From positions 754 through 64,753 of the forward strand of contig DYDE01000001.1 in assembly GCA_020718065.1 (NCBI GenBank): 64,000 bases of DNA, given 5' to 3'. The DNA comes from Marinifilum sp. GTDB lineage: Bacteria; Bacteroidota; Bacteroidia; Bacteroidales; CG2-30-32-10. A model generated the notes under the pieces. That model was not told the DNA's origin. It saw nothing but the letters and a program-made list of their open reading frames with translations, and did not search any database. The translations under genes were made by a program, and so were the position numbers. Positions within the stretch are counted from its first letter, which is position 1. Each line of letters begins with the position of its first letter. Positions 48,665 to 60,648 of this stretch are shown in pieces.

Positions 48665-48839
48665 AAAAAAGAGTTTAAAGTTTAGAGTGAACTAAAGTTT
48701 GCTTTCAAGAATACCAGGTAAAAAGATGACAATTTAATAATTTGAATTGCAAAGCTCTTAGTCCTGATTTCTAATAATCTCGCAAATTCTTTATATTTCA
48801 TAAACAATATCTTAAGTTCTCTTTCAACTTTAGTTCACT

Positions 48840-50207
48840 TTAAGTACTTTTTATAAGTTTTTCCGCAAGTACATTAAAATCAATTTCATCAAAATTACCA
48901 GAACTCATCATTAAAAGATTCTTATCATTCATATCTGTTTTAACTAAATCCTCCAGCAACTTCAGAGAGTCATTATAAACAATAAGATTTGCTCCTCCTC
49001 CAAAAGCCAGTTTAACTTGTTCCTGAGATATAGCAGGGAGTTTTTTATGTTCAAGGGTATGCAAATTATAATATACAATTGCAATATCTGCTTCAGACAT
49101 TGAATTATTATACTCTTTTAAAAATTTCTCATTCAAACTACTGAATGTATGGAGTTCAATACAGGCAATTAGTTTTCTCTGAGGATATTGTTCTTTAACA
49201 GCATTAATTGTTGCTTTAAGTTTTGAAGGAGCATGCGCAAAATCTTTGTAAACCGCACTAGAATTATTGCTTTTAACAAGTTCCAATCGTTTTGAAGCTC
49301 CTTTAAATGACCTGATTGCTTCATAAAACCTGTCATCTTCAATCCCAAGCTGATTACAAACAAGTCTTGCTCCATTAATATTCAACAAATTGTGTTTGCC
49401 AAATATTTTTAAAGGATACTTTTTGTTATTATAGATGATGTTGGTTGTATTGTTTTCAATTGAATAAGTGGGTAAGGAATATGGTAATTTATTTATATTG
49501 TTCCTTGTTGATTCACAAATATTTTTAACATTAACATCATCAGAAGAATAAATTATAGATCCACCTTCAACAATTTGATTTAAGAAGATTTGAAATTGTT
49601 CAATATAATTCTCGAATGTGGGAAAAACATTTATATGATCCCAGGCTATTCCGCTCAATAATGCTATGTTTGGTTTGTACAAATGAAACTTTGGTCTTCT
49701 GTCTATGGGAGAAGTCAGATATTCATCACCCTCTAATATAATAAAAGATGCATCATCAGACAATTTAACCATTACTTCAAAACCTTCAAGCTGGGCTCCA
49801 ACCATATAATCGCAATCTATATGATAATAATTCAGAGCATGAATAATCATCGCAGTAATTGATGTCTTTCCATGGCTTCCTCCAATAACTACCCTTGTTT
49901 TTGCTTTTGATTGTTCATATATATATTCAGGGTAAGAATAAATGTTTAAACCCAATTCCTGAGCTTTAATCAATTCTGGATTATCAATTCGGGCATGCAT
50001 ACCAACAATAATAGCATCAATTTCTTTTGAAATCACTTTTTCATCCCAACCGGAATATTTAGGCAAAAGATTGTATTTTTCCAACCTGCTTTTCGATGGT
50101 TCAAAGATTTCATCATCTGAACCACTAACAAAATAACCTTTTTTGTGCAGGGCAATTGCAAGATTGTGCATTGCACTTCCACCTATGGCAATAAAATGAA
50201 CCCTCAT
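48840..50207 (-). CDS. mpl: UDP-N-acetylmuramate:L-alanyl-gamma-D-glutamyl-meso-DAP ligase (Mpl) / MurC-like ligase
   Basis: IAIGGSAMHNLA N-terminus, P-loop GGSHGKTSITAMI, and Mur ligase middle and C-terminal domains. 455 aa. Confidence 0.8.
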   Translation of the reverse strand: MRVHFIAIGGSAMHNLAIALHKKGYFVSGSDDEIFEPSKSRLEKYNLLPKYSGWDEKVISKEIDAIIVGMHARIDNPELIKAQELGLNIYSYPEYIYEQSKAKTRVVIGGSHGKTSITAMIIHALNYYHIDCDYMVGAQLEGFEVMVKLSDDASFIILEGDEYLTSPIDRRPKFHLYKPNIALLSGIAWDHINVFPTFENYIEQFQIFLNQIVEGGSIIYSSDDVNVKNICESTRNNINKLPYSLPTYSIENNTTNIIYNNKKYPLKIFGKHNLLNINGARLVCNQLGIEDDRFYEAIRSFKGASKRLELVKSNNSSAVYKDFAHAPSKLKATINAVKEQYPQRKLIACIELHTFSSLNEKFLKEYNNSMSEADIAIVYYNLHTLEHKKLPAISQEQVKLAFGGGANLIVYNDSLKLLEDLVKTDMNDKNLLMMSSGNFDEIDFNVLAEKLIKST

Positions 50208-50215
50208 AATTTTAT

Positions 50216-50869
50216 TTATTGAGATTTCTTATAATCAGCTAAAAATTTTGCCAATCCAATATCTGTTAATGGATGGTTAAATAAAGCAAGAATTGCATCC
50301 AAAGGACAGGTTACAACATCTGCACCTGCTTCTGCACACATAATAATATGCATAGGATGGCGAATAGAAGCAGCAAGTACCTGTGTTTTATAATTGTAAT
50401 TCCTGTATATGTGAACTATTTGTTCAATTAGTGAAACACCATCTGTACTTGTGTCATCGAGTCTCCCAATAAAAGGCGAAACATAGGTTGCACCTGCTTT
50501 TGCCGCCAATAATGCCTGACCAGCAGAAAACACCAATGTACAATTAGTTTTAATATTATGTTCTGAGAAATATTTTATTGCTTTTATACCATCTTTTATC
50601 ATTGGAACTTTAACAACAATTTGTGGATGCAATTTTGCTAGTTTCAAACCTTCTTCAATGATTCCTTCATAATCTGTTGATATTACTTCTGCGCTCACGT
50701 CTCCGGAAACTGTTTTACATATATCAATATAATGTTGTGTAATATTTGCCTGTCCTTTTATTCCCTCTTTTGCCATTAAAGATGGATTGGTGGTAACCCC
50801 ATCCAAAACACCCAAAGATTGTGCTTCTTGAATTTGTTTCAAGTTAGCTGTATCTATAAAAAATTTCAT
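50216..50869 (-). CDS. Fructose-6-phosphate aldolase / transaldolase (TalC/Fsa subfamily)
   Basis: [28 protein letters not shown] and the Schiff-base lysine context VVKVP. 217 aa. Confidence 0.9.
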   Translation of the reverse strand: MKFFIDTANLKQIQEAQSLGVLDGVTTNPSLMAKEGIKGQANITQHYIDICKTVSGDVSAEVISTDYEGIIEEGLKLAKLHPQIVVKVPMIKDGIKAIKYFSEHNIKTNCTLVFSAGQALLAAKAGATYVSPFIGRLDDTSTDGVSLIEQIVHIYRNYNYKTQVLAASIRHPMHIIMCAEAGADVVTCPLDAILALFNHPLTDIGLAKFLADYKKSQ

Positions 50870-50897
50870 ATTTATTTATGTTTTAGTTTATAACTAT

Positions 50898-51854
50898 TTA
50901 AAAAACAGTTTCTGCAATTTTTTTAATATTATCTGATATCCCGATTGTAAAATAGTGCAAAGCAGGAACTCCAAATTTAATAAGTTCTTTTGACTGCTTA
51001 ATTCCCCATTCTATTCCCACCTGAAAAGCTTGTTCATTGGTGCTGCATTTATTTATTTCTTTTACCAGATCTTCGGGTATATCAATATTGAATATCTGAG
51101 GCAAAACCTTAATATCATTTAAAGTAGTTATAGGCTTTAACCCAGGGATAATTGGAATTGTTATTCCTTCATTTCTGCACAATTCAACAAAATCAAAATA
51201 TTTCTTATTGTCAAAAAACATTTGTGTTACAATATATTCAGCTCCATTTGCTATTTTTTCTTTCAGATACCTCAAATCAGAAAGCATATTGGGAGCCTCG
51301 TTGTGTTTTTCAGGGTAGGCAGCAACTCCTACACAAAAACTTGTAGATGTGGAGTTTTCTAATTCATTATCTAAATATTTTCCCTGATTCATCTCCATAA
51401 TCTGAGTAATTAAATCAGAAGCATGTGCATATCCGTTCTTTTCAGGAATAAAAACCCTGCTCGATTTAGGAGGATCGCCACGCAATACAAGTATATTATC
51501 TATTCCAAGAAAGTTAAAATCAATCAAAGCATATTCGGTCTCTTCTTTTGTAAAACCTCCACAAATTATATGAGGTACTACTTCTACTGTTGGGTATTTA
51601 TATTTTATAGCAGCTGATATTGCAACCGTACCAGGACGTTTTCTGATTGTTTTTTTCTCTAATAAGCCGTCTTTAAGTTTTTTATAAACAACTTCTTCCT
51701 GATGGTAGGTAATATTAATATGCGAGGGGTTAAACTGCATCAATGGATCAATAGCTTTGTATATTGGAACGATACTATTGCCTTTTAAAGGCGGTAATAG
51801 TTCAAACGAAAAAAGTGCTTTTTTAGAATTGTTAATTATATCAATTACTTTCAT
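50898..51854 (-). CDS. metF: 5,10-methylenetetrahydrofolate reductase
   Basis: FSFELLPPLKG start, LVLRGDPP, and AAYPEKH motifs. 318 aa. Directly downstream of metH. Confidence 0.9.
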   Translation of the reverse strand: MKVIDIINNSKKALFSFELLPPLKGNSIVPIYKAIDPLMQFNPSHINITYHQEEVVYKKLKDGLLEKKTIRKRPGTVAISAAIKYKYPTVEVVPHIICGGFTKEETEYALIDFNFLGIDNILVLRGDPPKSSRVFIPEKNGYAHASDLITQIMEMNQGKYLDNELENSTSTSFCVGVAAYPEKHNEAPNMLSDLRYLKEKIANGAEYIVTQMFFDNKKYFDFVELCRNEGITIPIIPGLKPITTLNDIKVLPQIFNIDIPEDLVKEINKCSTNEQAFQVGIEWGIKQSKELIKFGVPALHYFTIGISDNIKKIAETVF

Positions 51855-51873
51855 AAATTTATTATTGTTGCTT

Positions 51874-54800
51874 TTATTTATAATTTAAATTGCTGGATAG
51901 CCATTTTTCTGCTTCTTCTGTTGATATGTTCTTTCTTTTAGCATAATCAACAACTTGATCTTTGGATATTTTACCTAAATTAAAGTATTTACTTTGCTCA
52001 TTTGCAAAATACCAACCACTTACTGAAGCTGCAGGGTACATTGCATAAGATTCTGTTAACTTAATAGTTGTATTCTTTTCTGTTTCCAGCAAATTGAAAA
52101 TAGTTTTCTTTTCAGTATGGTCAGGACATGCAGGATATCCTGCTGCAGGTCTTATTCCAGTGTATGATTCAGTTAATATTTCAGAGATTTTAAGATTTTC
52201 TTCCTTTGCATAAGGCCAATATTCTGTCCGCACCTTGTGATGGAGCAACTCTGCAAAAGCCTCTGCTAATCTGTCAGCCAATACCTTTGTCATTATGGCA
52301 TTGTAATCATCATTGCTTTCTTCAAATTGCTTAACAAGCTTCTCAATTCCAATACCGGCTGTCACAGCAAAACATCCAATATAATCATTGATTCCCGATT
52401 CTTTAGAGCTGATAAAATCTGCTAAACTCAAATTTGGAACATTTGATTCCTTTATTTCCTGATTTCTTAAAAAATAAAATTTCGAAAATAGCTCTTTTCT
52501 CTTTTCATCAGTATAAATTTCTACATCATCTCCCACCGAATGGGCAGGATAAAAAGCAAAAACACCATTGGCTTCTAATAAATTATTATCTATAATATTT
52601 TTTAGCAATACTTGTGCATCTGTAAAAAGTTTTTTTGCCTCTTCACCTTTTATTGGGTCTTCCAAAATTGTCGGATATTTTCCAGTTAATCGCCATGCAT
52701 GAAAGAAAAATGTCCAGTCTATATATTCACTAATCTCAAATAAAGAATATTTTTTTAATACTTTTATTCCTAAAAATATGGGTTTAATTACATTTGTTTT
52801 TTTCCAATCAATAATTAACTTATTTTTTCTGGCATCAGCTATTGATTTATATATATGTTCTGTTTGTTGAGATAAATATTCATTTCTGATAACCTCATAA
52901 TCATTCTTAACAGAAATTACAAAATTGTCTTTTTCAACTGGTGAAAGTAATTTACTAACAACACCAACACTTTTTGAAGCATCTCTCACATACACAACCG
53001 GAGCATGGTATTTGGGAGCAATTTTAACTGCGGTATGAATTTTTGAAGTTGTAGCACCACCAATAATTAAAGGAATATTCAAACCTCTGCGTTCCATTTC
53101 TTTTGCAATAAAGACCATTTCATCCAAGGAAGGAGTAATCAATCCACTTAATCCGACTATGTCAACTTTGTTTTCTATTGCAGTATTAATGATTTTATCA
53201 GTAGGAACCATCACTCCCAGATCAATGATTTCATAATTATTACAAGCCAAAACCACGCCAACAATGTTTTTACCAATATCATGAACATCACCTTTAACAG
53301 TTGCAAGTAATATTTTACCTTGTTTTCTCTGATTCCCCTTCTCTCCTTTCTCTAGTTCAATATAAGGAGATAAAATGGAAACTGCTTTCTTCATTACCCT
53401 GGCACTTTTTACTACCTGAGGAAGAAACATTTTTCCAGCACCAAAGAGATCTCCAACAGTATTCATTCCATCCATCAATGGCCCTTCTATTATCTCCAAA
53501 CTATATTTATAGTACTTTCTTGCTTCTTCAATATCTACATCAATATATTCAACAATTCCTTTTACAAGTGCATGCGAAATTCTTTCTTGTATACTCCCCT
53601 TTCTCCATTCATCTGTTTTTGTTTCTTTTGTTTCAACAGATTTAAAGTTTTCAGCAAAAGCAATCAACCTTTCTGTTGCATCCTTTCTTCTATTTAGTAT
53701 AACATCTTCAACCAATACCAGCAAATCTTTGGGTATCTCATCATACACTTCCAATTGACCGGCATTTACAATTCCCATATCCATACCAGCTTTTATTGCA
53801 TGATAAAGAAATGCAGAATGCATTGCTTCTCTAACCCTGTCATTTCCTCTGAACGAAAAGGACAAATTACTTACACCACCACTTATTTTAGCATAGGGAA
53901 GATTCTCTTTTATCCACTTGCATGCTTTAATATAGTTTACAGCATAATTATTATGCTCATCCATTCCAGTTGCTATTGCAAGAATATTTGGATCAAATAT
54001 TATATTTTCTGCAGGAAATTCTACCTTTTCTGTTAAAATTTTATAAGAACGTTCACATATCTCTATTTTTCGCTCATAAGTATCAGCCTGTCCTTTTTCA
54101 TCAAATGCCATTACTATGGCTGCAGCACCATAGCGCTTAATCTTTTTAGCATGTTCAATAAAAACATTTTCCCCTTCTTTAAGACTTATTGAGTTTACTA
54201 TAGATTTTCCTTGTGTGCATTTCAATCCTGCCTCAATAACTGACCATTTAGATGAATCTATCATTATTGGCAATTTTGAAATATCAGGTTCGGAAGCTAT
54301 TGAATGAAGAAAAACTGTCATTTCCTTTTCAGAATCAAGCATAGCTTCATCCATACTCACATCAATTACCTGTGCTCCTCCATCAACCTGTTCTTTGGCA
54401 ATACTTAAAGCCTCTTCGTATTTCTTTTCTTTAATTAATCGCGCAAACTTTTTAGAACCTGATACATTTGTTCTTTCACCAACATTTATAAAATTACATC
54501 CTTTATATACTTTAACCGGTTCTAATCCACTATAGGTACTAATTGGTTCAACCAATGGTATCTGTCTGGCTTTATATTTTTTTGCAATCAGAGCAATTTC
54601 TCTTATATGTTCAGGAGTAGTTCCACAACATCCTCCAATGATATTAATAAGTCCATTTTTTAAATACTCTTCCACCTCTTTAGCCATTTCAACAGGAGTT
54701 TGATCATATTTACCAAAAGCATTTGGCAATCCAGCATTAGGATGTGCACTTATATTGGTTGGTACAATATCCGAAAGTTCCTGTAAATAAGGCATAAGTT

Positions 54801-55548
54801 GGTTGGCTCCCAACGCACAATTAAAACCAATGCTCAACAATGGTATATGCGAGATAGAATACAAAAATGCTTCTGGTGTTTGCCCTGAAAGTGTTCTTCC
54901 ACTTGTATCAGTTATAGTTGCTGAAATCATAACAGGTATTCGGTTACCTGTCTGATCAAAATATTCTTCTGCTGCGTAAATTGCAGCTTTACTGTTTAAT
55001 GTATCAAATATTGTTTCTATTAATAATATATCAACACCTCCCTCAACCAATCCTTTAATTTGTAAAGAATATGCAGCAACGAGGTCATCAAAACTCACGG
55101 ATCTGAATGCTGGATTATTAACATCAGGAGACATCGACGCCGTTTTATTGGTTGGACCTATCGAACCTGCAACAAAACATTTCTTTTCTCTGTTATTTTT
55201 TACAAAATCTTCTACTGCTTCTTTTGCAATTCTGGCAGCACTATGGTTTATTTCATATACCATATCTTCCATGTGATAATCTGCCATAGATATGGTATTG
55301 GCATTAAAAGTATTGGTTTCAATAATATCTGCTCCTGCTTCTAAATATGCAGTATGAATTTCCTTAATAATACCTACTTGAGTTATAGATAATAAATCAT
55401 TATTTCCAGATAAATTATACGGAAAGTTTTTAAAACGTGTACTTCTAAATTGTTCTTCAGTTAATTTATAGCGCTGAATCATCGTACCCATAGCTCCATC
55501 CAGAACCAGAATACATTCTTCTAACAATTTCGCAATATCGCTTTTCAT
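51874..55548 (-). CDS. metH: Cobalamin-dependent methionine synthase
   Basis: 1224 aa. Homocysteine-binding domain ([11 protein letters not shown]), pterin-binding domain, B12-binding motif [11 protein letters not shown], and C-terminal AdoMet activation domain. Confidence 0.97.
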   Translation of the reverse strand: MKSDIAKLLEECILVLDGAMGTMIQRYKLTEEQFRSTRFKNFPYNLSGNNDLLSITQVGIIKEIHTAYLEAGADIIETNTFNANTISMADYHMEDMVYEINHSAARIAKEAVEDFVKNNREKKCFVAGSIGPTNKTASMSPDVNNPAFRSVSFDDLVAAYSLQIKGLVEGGVDILLIETIFDTLNSKAAIYAAEEYFDQTGNRIPVMISATITDTSGRTLSGQTPEAFLYSISHIPLLSIGFNCALGANQLMPYLQELSDIVPTNISAHPNAGLPNAFGKYDQTPVEMAKEVEEYLKNGLINIIGGCCGTTPEHIREIALIAKKYKARQIPLVEPISTYSGLEPVKVYKGCNFINVGERTNVSGSKKFARLIKEKKYEEALSIAKEQVDGGAQVIDVSMDEAMLDSEKEMTVFLHSIASEPDISKLPIMIDSSKWSVIEAGLKCTQGKSIVNSISLKEGENVFIEHAKKIKRYGAAAIVMAFDEKGQADTYERKIEICERSYKILTEKVEFPAENIIFDPNILAIATGMDEHNNYAVNYIKACKWIKENLPYAKISGGVSNLSFSFRGNDRVREAMHSAFLYHAIKAGMDMGIVNAGQLEVYDEIPKDLLVLVEDVILNRRKDATERLIAFAENFKSVETKETKTDEWRKGSIQERISHALVKGIVEYIDVDIEEARKYYKYSLEIIEGPLMDGMNTVGDLFGAGKMFLPQVVKSARVMKKAVSILSPYIELEKGEKGNQRKQGKILLATVKGDVHDIGKNIVGVVLACNNYEIIDLGVMVPTDKIINTAIENKVDIVGLSGLITPSLDEMVFIAKEMERRGLNIPLIIGGATTSKIHTAVKIAPKYHAPVVYVRDASKSVGVVSKLLSPVEKDNFVISVKNDYEVIRNEYLSQQTEHIYKSIADARKNKLIIDWKKTNVIKPIFLGIKVLKKYSLFEISEYIDWTFFFHAWRLTGKYPTILEDPIKGEEAKKLFTDAQVLLKNIIDNNLLEANGVFAFYPAHSVGDDVEIYTDEKRKELFSKFYFLRNQEIKESNVPNLSLADFISSKESGINDYIGCFAVTAGIGIEKLVKQFEESNDDYNAIMTKVLADRLAEAFAELLHHKVRTEYWPYAKEENLKISEILTESYTGIRPAAGYPACPDHTEKKTIFNLLETEKNTTIKLTESYAMYPAASVSGWYFANEQSKYFNLGKISKDQVVDYAKRKNISTEEAEKWLSSNLNYK

Positions 55549-55791
55549 TATTTTTAATTTTGCACAAAATTAGCAAAAATAGAAAAGCTATCATCTTATT
55601 AATTAGATTTTCTGATATAGTAAAGTCCATTTAACTTACCAAAACCATGATAGATAAATATTCATTAACAATTAAAATTTTTAAATTATTTTTGAAATCA
55701 AAAATCGAATAAAAATGATTTTGTATATTTAAAATTTAAATAATTAATAAAGCTATAACATTAATCATAAATCCAAAATAAAAAATAAAAA

Positions 55792-56334
55792 ATGCCCAAT
55801 TTTAAAGCATTATTAAAAGTTGACAGTTCCAGAGTAATTGCAAATCAAATAGTAGATGCTGTTGGCAATAATCCAGAATATTTTAAAACTGTTCTTGATT
55901 TATGTTTTAACGAAGGCTATCCTATTGCTATGCGAGCTGGAAGGGCTGTGGCGTTATGCAGCGAAAAGTATCCATCTTTGATAGTTCCATATCTCGAGCA
56001 ATTGGTTAAAATTATAAAAGATTCAAAAATTGATGGAGTAAAAAGAGGAATACTCAAAACTTTTTGCGAATCTGTTGACTTGAATAAATTAACAAACCTT
56101 GGCGAACTGGTTGATATTTGTTTTAACTGGTTGGCTAATCCAAAAGAATCAATTGCAATAAGATATTACAGTATGGAAATACTTTATAAAACCTGCCTCA
56201 TTGAGACTGAACTAAAGAATGAACTTATACCTATTCTTGAAAATCTAACCTTTGAATCAAGTGCAGGTATAGTCAGTCAAGCTAAAAAGTTGTTGAAATT
56301 ACTAAAAAAAAAAGAAACAATAAGACAACTCTGA
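55792..56334 (+). CDS. Hypothetical all-alpha (HEAT/ARM-like) protein
   Basis: 180 aa with a helical repeat feel. No motif recognised. Confidence 0.35.
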   Translation: MPNFKALLKVDSSRVIANQIVDAVGNNPEYFKTVLDLCFNEGYPIAMRAGRAVALCSEKYPSLIVPYLEQLVKIIKDSKIDGVKRGILKTFCESVDLNKLTNLGELVDICFNWLANPKESIAIRYYSMEILYKTCLIETELKNELIPILENLTFESSAGIVSQAKKLLKLLKKKETIRQL

Positions 56335-56655
56335 AAAGAGTTTTATAAACCATATTTAAAAAAATGTTCCAGATTATACTAATTACCACAGATTTAATTT
56401 TTCAAAATTAGTGAATCGATGGTTAAATTTAGTTTTTATGATTTTTAAGAGTGGTCTCAAAGATTAGTAAATATAATATATTTTTAATCAACATAACTTA
56501 TAGGATTTTTTTCCACAAGAATTACTAACCAAACTTTTCAGTAAGCAATTCCACAAAATTGGACAGAAGGGTTTGAAATTATTTTTTTTGTTGTTTGTGA
56601 TATACTATTTATAAATCATGTCTTTTAAGGGAATCATTATTTACCTAAGAGTTTT

Positions 56656-56949
56656 AGGGGGTTTTATGTGAAAGAAAAACACTTTTTTGAAAGTCTCGGG
56701 AAGTCTCATGTAAGCCTTGGGAAGACATAAATAAGCCTTGGGAAGTCTCATGTAAGAAAAAAATACTCTCATGTGAGCTTCGGGAAGTTTCATGAAAGGC
56801 TTGGGAAGACTTAAATAAGCCTCGGGAAGTTTCATATAAGAGAAAAATGCTTTAAAGTAAGGCTTGGGAAGTATAAGATATAGAGGGGATAAGGACATGG
56901 GGGTATAGAGGAATAAAGGCATAGAGGTATAAAGGTAAAGGGGAGTATC
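56656..56949. repeat. Tandem array 3: about 14 units of exactly 21 bp (GGGAAGTCTCATGTAAGCCTT type), 84-bp super-period
   Basis: Units start at 56698, 56719, 56740, 56761, 56782 ... in exact 21-bp steps. The four-unit block 56698-56781 is repeated at 56782-56865. The array degenerates to GGATAAGGACATGGGGGTATA-type units toward 56949. Confidence 0.85.
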
Positions 56950-57074
56950 TTATGAAGTGTGTAAACTAAAAAGCTTAGTATTTTTTTCATTATTTACTAA
57001 CAAGCTCTTCCTTTTATTTCATTTTAATTAATTTTACTTTTTTTTTATACCATTTGATTTTCTATAACAAGATT

Positions 57075-60000
57075 ATGCCCGACTTTACTCATTTACACGT
57101 ACATACTCAATATTCCATTCTCGATGGAGCTGCCGATATTTCTGTTTTAATCAATAAAGCAAAAGAATACGGGATGGATTCTATTGCCATAACTGATCAT
57201 GGAAACATGTACGGAGTAATGGAATTCCAGGAAACAGCTCATAAATATGGTGTAAAACCTATTATCGGCTGCGAAACATATGTTGCTGAAGGAACACGTT
57301 TCGAGAAAAAAGGAAAAGAAGACAGAAGTGGTTTTCATTTAATACTACTTGCCAAAAATCTTATTGGATATAAAAATCTTTCGAGGCTAAGTTCACTTGG
57401 ATTTGTTGAAGGTTTTTATTATACTCCCCGCATCGATAAAGAAATACTTCGCAAATACAGCGAAGGTTTAATAGCTTGTTCTGCTTGTTTGGGTGGTGAA
57501 ATTCCTGATGCTATTATTAATAAAGGAGAAGATAAAGCAGAAGAAATAATCAAAGAGTATCAATCCATTTTCAAAGAAGATTTTTATCTCGAACTTCAGC
57601 GTCATGGCTACGAAGAACAAAAAACTGTTAATGAAGCTTTAATAAGATTATCTAAAAAGCTTGGCATCAAACTTATTGCTACAAACGATGTCCATTACGT
57701 AAACAAAGAAGATGCAGAAGCACACGACATTTTAGTTTGTTTAAATACAGGCAAAGACTTTGAAGATGAAAAAAGGATGAAATACTCCGGTCATGAATAT
57801 CTGAAATCACCTGAGGAAATGCTGGAATTATATAAGGATATTCCTGAAGCAATAGAAAACACCAGAGAAATTGTTGAAAAGATTGAAACATTTAATATAA
57901 AAAGTAAAGAGATCTTACTCCCCGAATTTCCTCTTCCTGAAGGTTTTGAATCAGGTGATGATTATCTGAAACACTTAACTTATAAAGGAGCAGAAAAATT
58001 CTATCCCAATCTCACTCCAGACATCCAAGACAGAATTGATTTTGAATTGAAGGTTATTAAAGATATGGGATTTGCCGGCTATTTCCTAATCGTTCAGGAT
58101 TTTATAAACGAAGCACGTAAGAGAGATGTGAGCGTCGGTCCTGGCAGAGGATCTGCGGCAGGTTCGGCTGTAGCTTTTTGCACAGGTATTACAAGTGTCG
58201 ATCCAATACATTATAATCTTCTTTTTGAAAGGTTTCTTAACCCCGAACGTATATCAATGCCCGATATTGATATAGACTTTGATGATGATGGAAGACAAAA
58301 AGTTATTGATTATGTTATTGAGAAATATGGCAAAAACAAAGTAGCACAAATTGTAACCTTTGGAACCATGGCAGCCAAATCTTCGATCAGAGATGTTGCA
58401 AGAGTACTAAAACTTCCATTGCCTGATGCCGACAAACTTGCTAAATTAGTTCCCGAAGCACCAAATACTAATCTTAAAAAAGCTTATAGCGAAGTAAAAG
58501 AACTTGCTGATTCAAAAAAAAGCGACAATCCACTTATCAGAAAAACATTAGTTTTTGCAGAAACCCTCGAAGGTTCAATACGTCATACTGGAACACATGC
58601 GTGTGGTGTTATTATTGGCAGAGATGATTTAATGGAGTATCTTCCTTTAAGCACTTCCAAAGATACCGATCTAATGGTAACCCAATACGAAGGCAAATAT
58701 GTTGAGTATGCAGGTATGTTAAAAATGGACTTTCTTGGTCTAAAAACGCTTTCTATAATAAAAGATGCTTTAGAAAATATCAAACTAAGACATAAAATCA
58801 CTCTTGACATTAATACGATTCCATTAGAAGATAAAAAAACCTTTGAACTTTTCCAAAGAGGAGACACAATAGGGATATTCCAATTTGAGTCGGAAGGAAT
58901 GCGGGCGTATATGAAAGATCTAAAGCCCACATCCATCGAAGACCTCATTGCCATGAACGCATTGTATCGCCCAGGACCAATGGATTTTATTCCTACTTTT
59001 ATTAATAGGAAACAAGGCCGCGAAAAAACGGAATACCCCCATCCTATGCTCGAAGAACTCCTAAAACCAACCCATGGAATTATGGTTTATCAGGAGCAAA
59101 TCATGCAAACAGCACAAATAATGGCAGGTTTTTCGTTAGGTGCTGCAGACTTACTTCGAAGAGCAATGGGGAAAAAACAGAAGGATGTGATGGCTCAGCA
59201 AAAAGAAAAATTCGTGGAAGGTGCTTTTGCTAAGGGAATAGATAAAGAAAAGGCAGCAGAGGTTTTCACAGTAATGGAAAAATTTGCTGAATATGGTTTC
59301 AATCGCTCTCATTCTGCTGCCTATTCAATTGTTGCTTATCAAACAGCATATCTTAAAGCCAATTATTCGGCAGAATATATGGCAGCAATTCTTACACATA
59401 ATCTAAACGATATTAAGAAGATAACATTTTACATGGATGAATGCAAAAGACAAGGTATAAAAGTGTTTGGTCCTGATGTAAATGAAAGTTATTTTAACTT
59501 TACTGTAAACAAGAATGGAGAAATTCGTTTTGGACTTGGTGCTGTTAAGGGAGTAGGAAGTTCTGCCGTTGAATCAATTGTAAACGAAAGAAACACCTCA
59601 GGATTATTTACAAATATTTTTGATCTTGCAAAAAGAATAAACCTCAGGGCTTGTAATAAAAAAAATCTGGAGGCTCTTGCAATGGCTGGGGCATTTGATA
59701 GTTTTGAGAATTCACATAGAGCACAATATTTTTATTGTGTTGGTTCGGAAGAAACAAATTTTATTGACAAAATTATTAAACATATCAATTTGGTTCAGTC
59801 AAGAATTGATGCATCACAACATTCACTATTTGGAGATGCAGAAGAAGGAAAAATACCTGACCCTAAATTGCCGGAATGCGAACCATGGTCTAAACTCGAA
59901 CAACTTAAAAACGAAAAAGATACAACTGGTATATATATTTCTGGTCATCCTTTGGATGATTATAGGGTTGAAATGGAGCAATTTTGTAATTACTCCTTAG

Positions 60001-60533
60001 CTGAACTCAAGGAACTAGAGCAATTAAAAAACAAAGATATCACAATAGCTGGCATTATTACAAGTGTTGCAGAAAGAACCTCCAAAAGTGGGAGTTTGTT
60101 TGGGGTATTCACACTTGAGGATTATAATGACTCTTACCAACAAACACTATTCTCAAAAACATATATGACATTAAAAAATTATTTAGTAAAAGGTTATTTT
60201 GTTTTTATAAGAGGGAAAGTAGAATTACGTTATCAATCAGACAACCAGTACGAATTCAGAATCAACAGTATTATGATGTTATCTGATGTTCTTGATACTT
60301 ATGTAAAATCATTAACAATGCAAGTTGCAATAGCCGATGTTACTGATGATTTTGTTGATAATATTTACAAGGTAATAAAATCTTCAAAAGGTAAGTGCCC
60401 ATTAAAAGTTTCATTGATCGACCAGATAAGTAATGTATCTGTAGAAATGTCTTCCAAAAAACACAATATAGATCCAAAGAAATTCTTAAAATCAATAATT
60501 CAATATCCTGAAATAAAATTTAGGTTAAATTAA
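57075..60533 (+). CDS. dnaE: DNA polymerase III alpha subunit
   Basis: PHP domain FTHLHVHTQYSILDGA, polymerase core (MPDIDIDF, GLLKMDFLGLKTL, RAMGKK), C-terminal OB fold. Start at ATG 57075 (MPDFTHLH) is preferred over the track start 57054. Confidence 0.95.
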   Translation: MPDFTHLHVHTQYSILDGAADISVLINKAKEYGMDSIAITDHGNMYGVMEFQETAHKYGVKPIIGCETYVAEGTRFEKKGKEDRSGFHLILLAKNLIGYKNLSRLSSLGFVEGFYYTPRIDKEILRKYSEGLIACSACLGGEIPDAIINKGEDKAEEIIKEYQSIFKEDFYLELQRHGYEEQKTVNEALIRLSKKLGIKLIATNDVHYVNKEDAEAHDILVCLNTGKDFEDEKRMKYSGHEYLKSPEEMLELYKDIPEAIENTREIVEKIETFNIKSKEILLPEFPLPEGFESGDDYLKHLTYKGAEKFYPNLTPDIQDRIDFELKVIKDMGFAGYFLIVQDFINEARKRDVSVGPGRGSAAGSAVAFCTGITSVDPIHYNLLFERFLNPERISMPDIDIDFDDDGRQKVIDYVIEKYGKNKVAQIVTFGTMAAKSSIRDVARVLKLPLPDADKLAKLVPEAPNTNLKKAYSEVKELADSKKSDNPLIRKTLVFAETLEGSIRHTGTHACGVIIGRDDLMEYLPLSTSKDTDLMVTQYEGKYVEYAGMLKMDFLGLKTLSIIKDALENIKLRHKITLDINTIPLEDKKTFELFQRGDTIGIFQFESEGMRAYMKDLKPTSIEDLIAMNALYRPGPMDFIPTFINRKQGREKTEYPHPMLEELLKPTHGIMVYQEQIMQTAQIMAGFSLGAADLLRRAMGKKQKDVMAQQKEKFVEGAFAKGIDKEKAAEVFTVMEKFAEYGFNRSHSAAYSIVAYQTAYLKANYSAEYMAAILTHNLNDIKKITFYMDECKRQGIKVFGPDVNESYFNFTVNKNGEIRFGLGAVKGVGSSAVESIVNERNTSGLFTNIFDLAKRINLRACNKKNLEALAMAGAFDSFENSHRAQYFYCVGSEETNFIDKIIKHINLVQSRIDASQHSLFGDAEEGKIPDPKLPECEPWSKLEQLKNEKDTTGIYISGHPLDDYRVEMEQFCNYSLAELKELEQLKNKDITIAGIITSVAERTSKSGSLFGVFTLEDYNDSYQQTLFSKTYMTLKNYLVKGYFVFIRGKVELRYQSDNQYEFRINSIMMLSDVLDTYVKSLTMQVAIADVTDDFVDNIYKVIKSSKGKCPLKVSLIDQISNVSVEMSSKKHNIDPKKFLKSIIQYPEIKFRLN

Positions 60534-60648
60534 AAAAGAATTCACTTCTTTAAAAAAGTGAACAATTTTACTCATTTATATATTAATAGAGAATTCTTAA
60601 TTAATTCACTTTTCGTATTATTTTTGTAGAAATTTAAAAATAAAAAAA

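Noticed and set aside
55549-55791. Possible cobalamin or SAM riboswitch in the metH leader.
   Set aside because: Reading the minus-strand leader, I could not find a B12-box-like GCCACTG core or SAM-riboswitch conserved helices. The region is simply AT-rich. A covariance-model scan (Rfam) would be needed to exclude it.
56641-56922. 93-aa minus-strand ORF (MPLFLYTPMSLSPLYLILPKPYFKAFFSYMKLPEAYL...).
   Set aside because: It lies entirely within tandem array 3 and shows 7-aa periodicity dictated by the 21-bp repeat. It has no recognisable protein features and is treated as a repeat-induced ORF.
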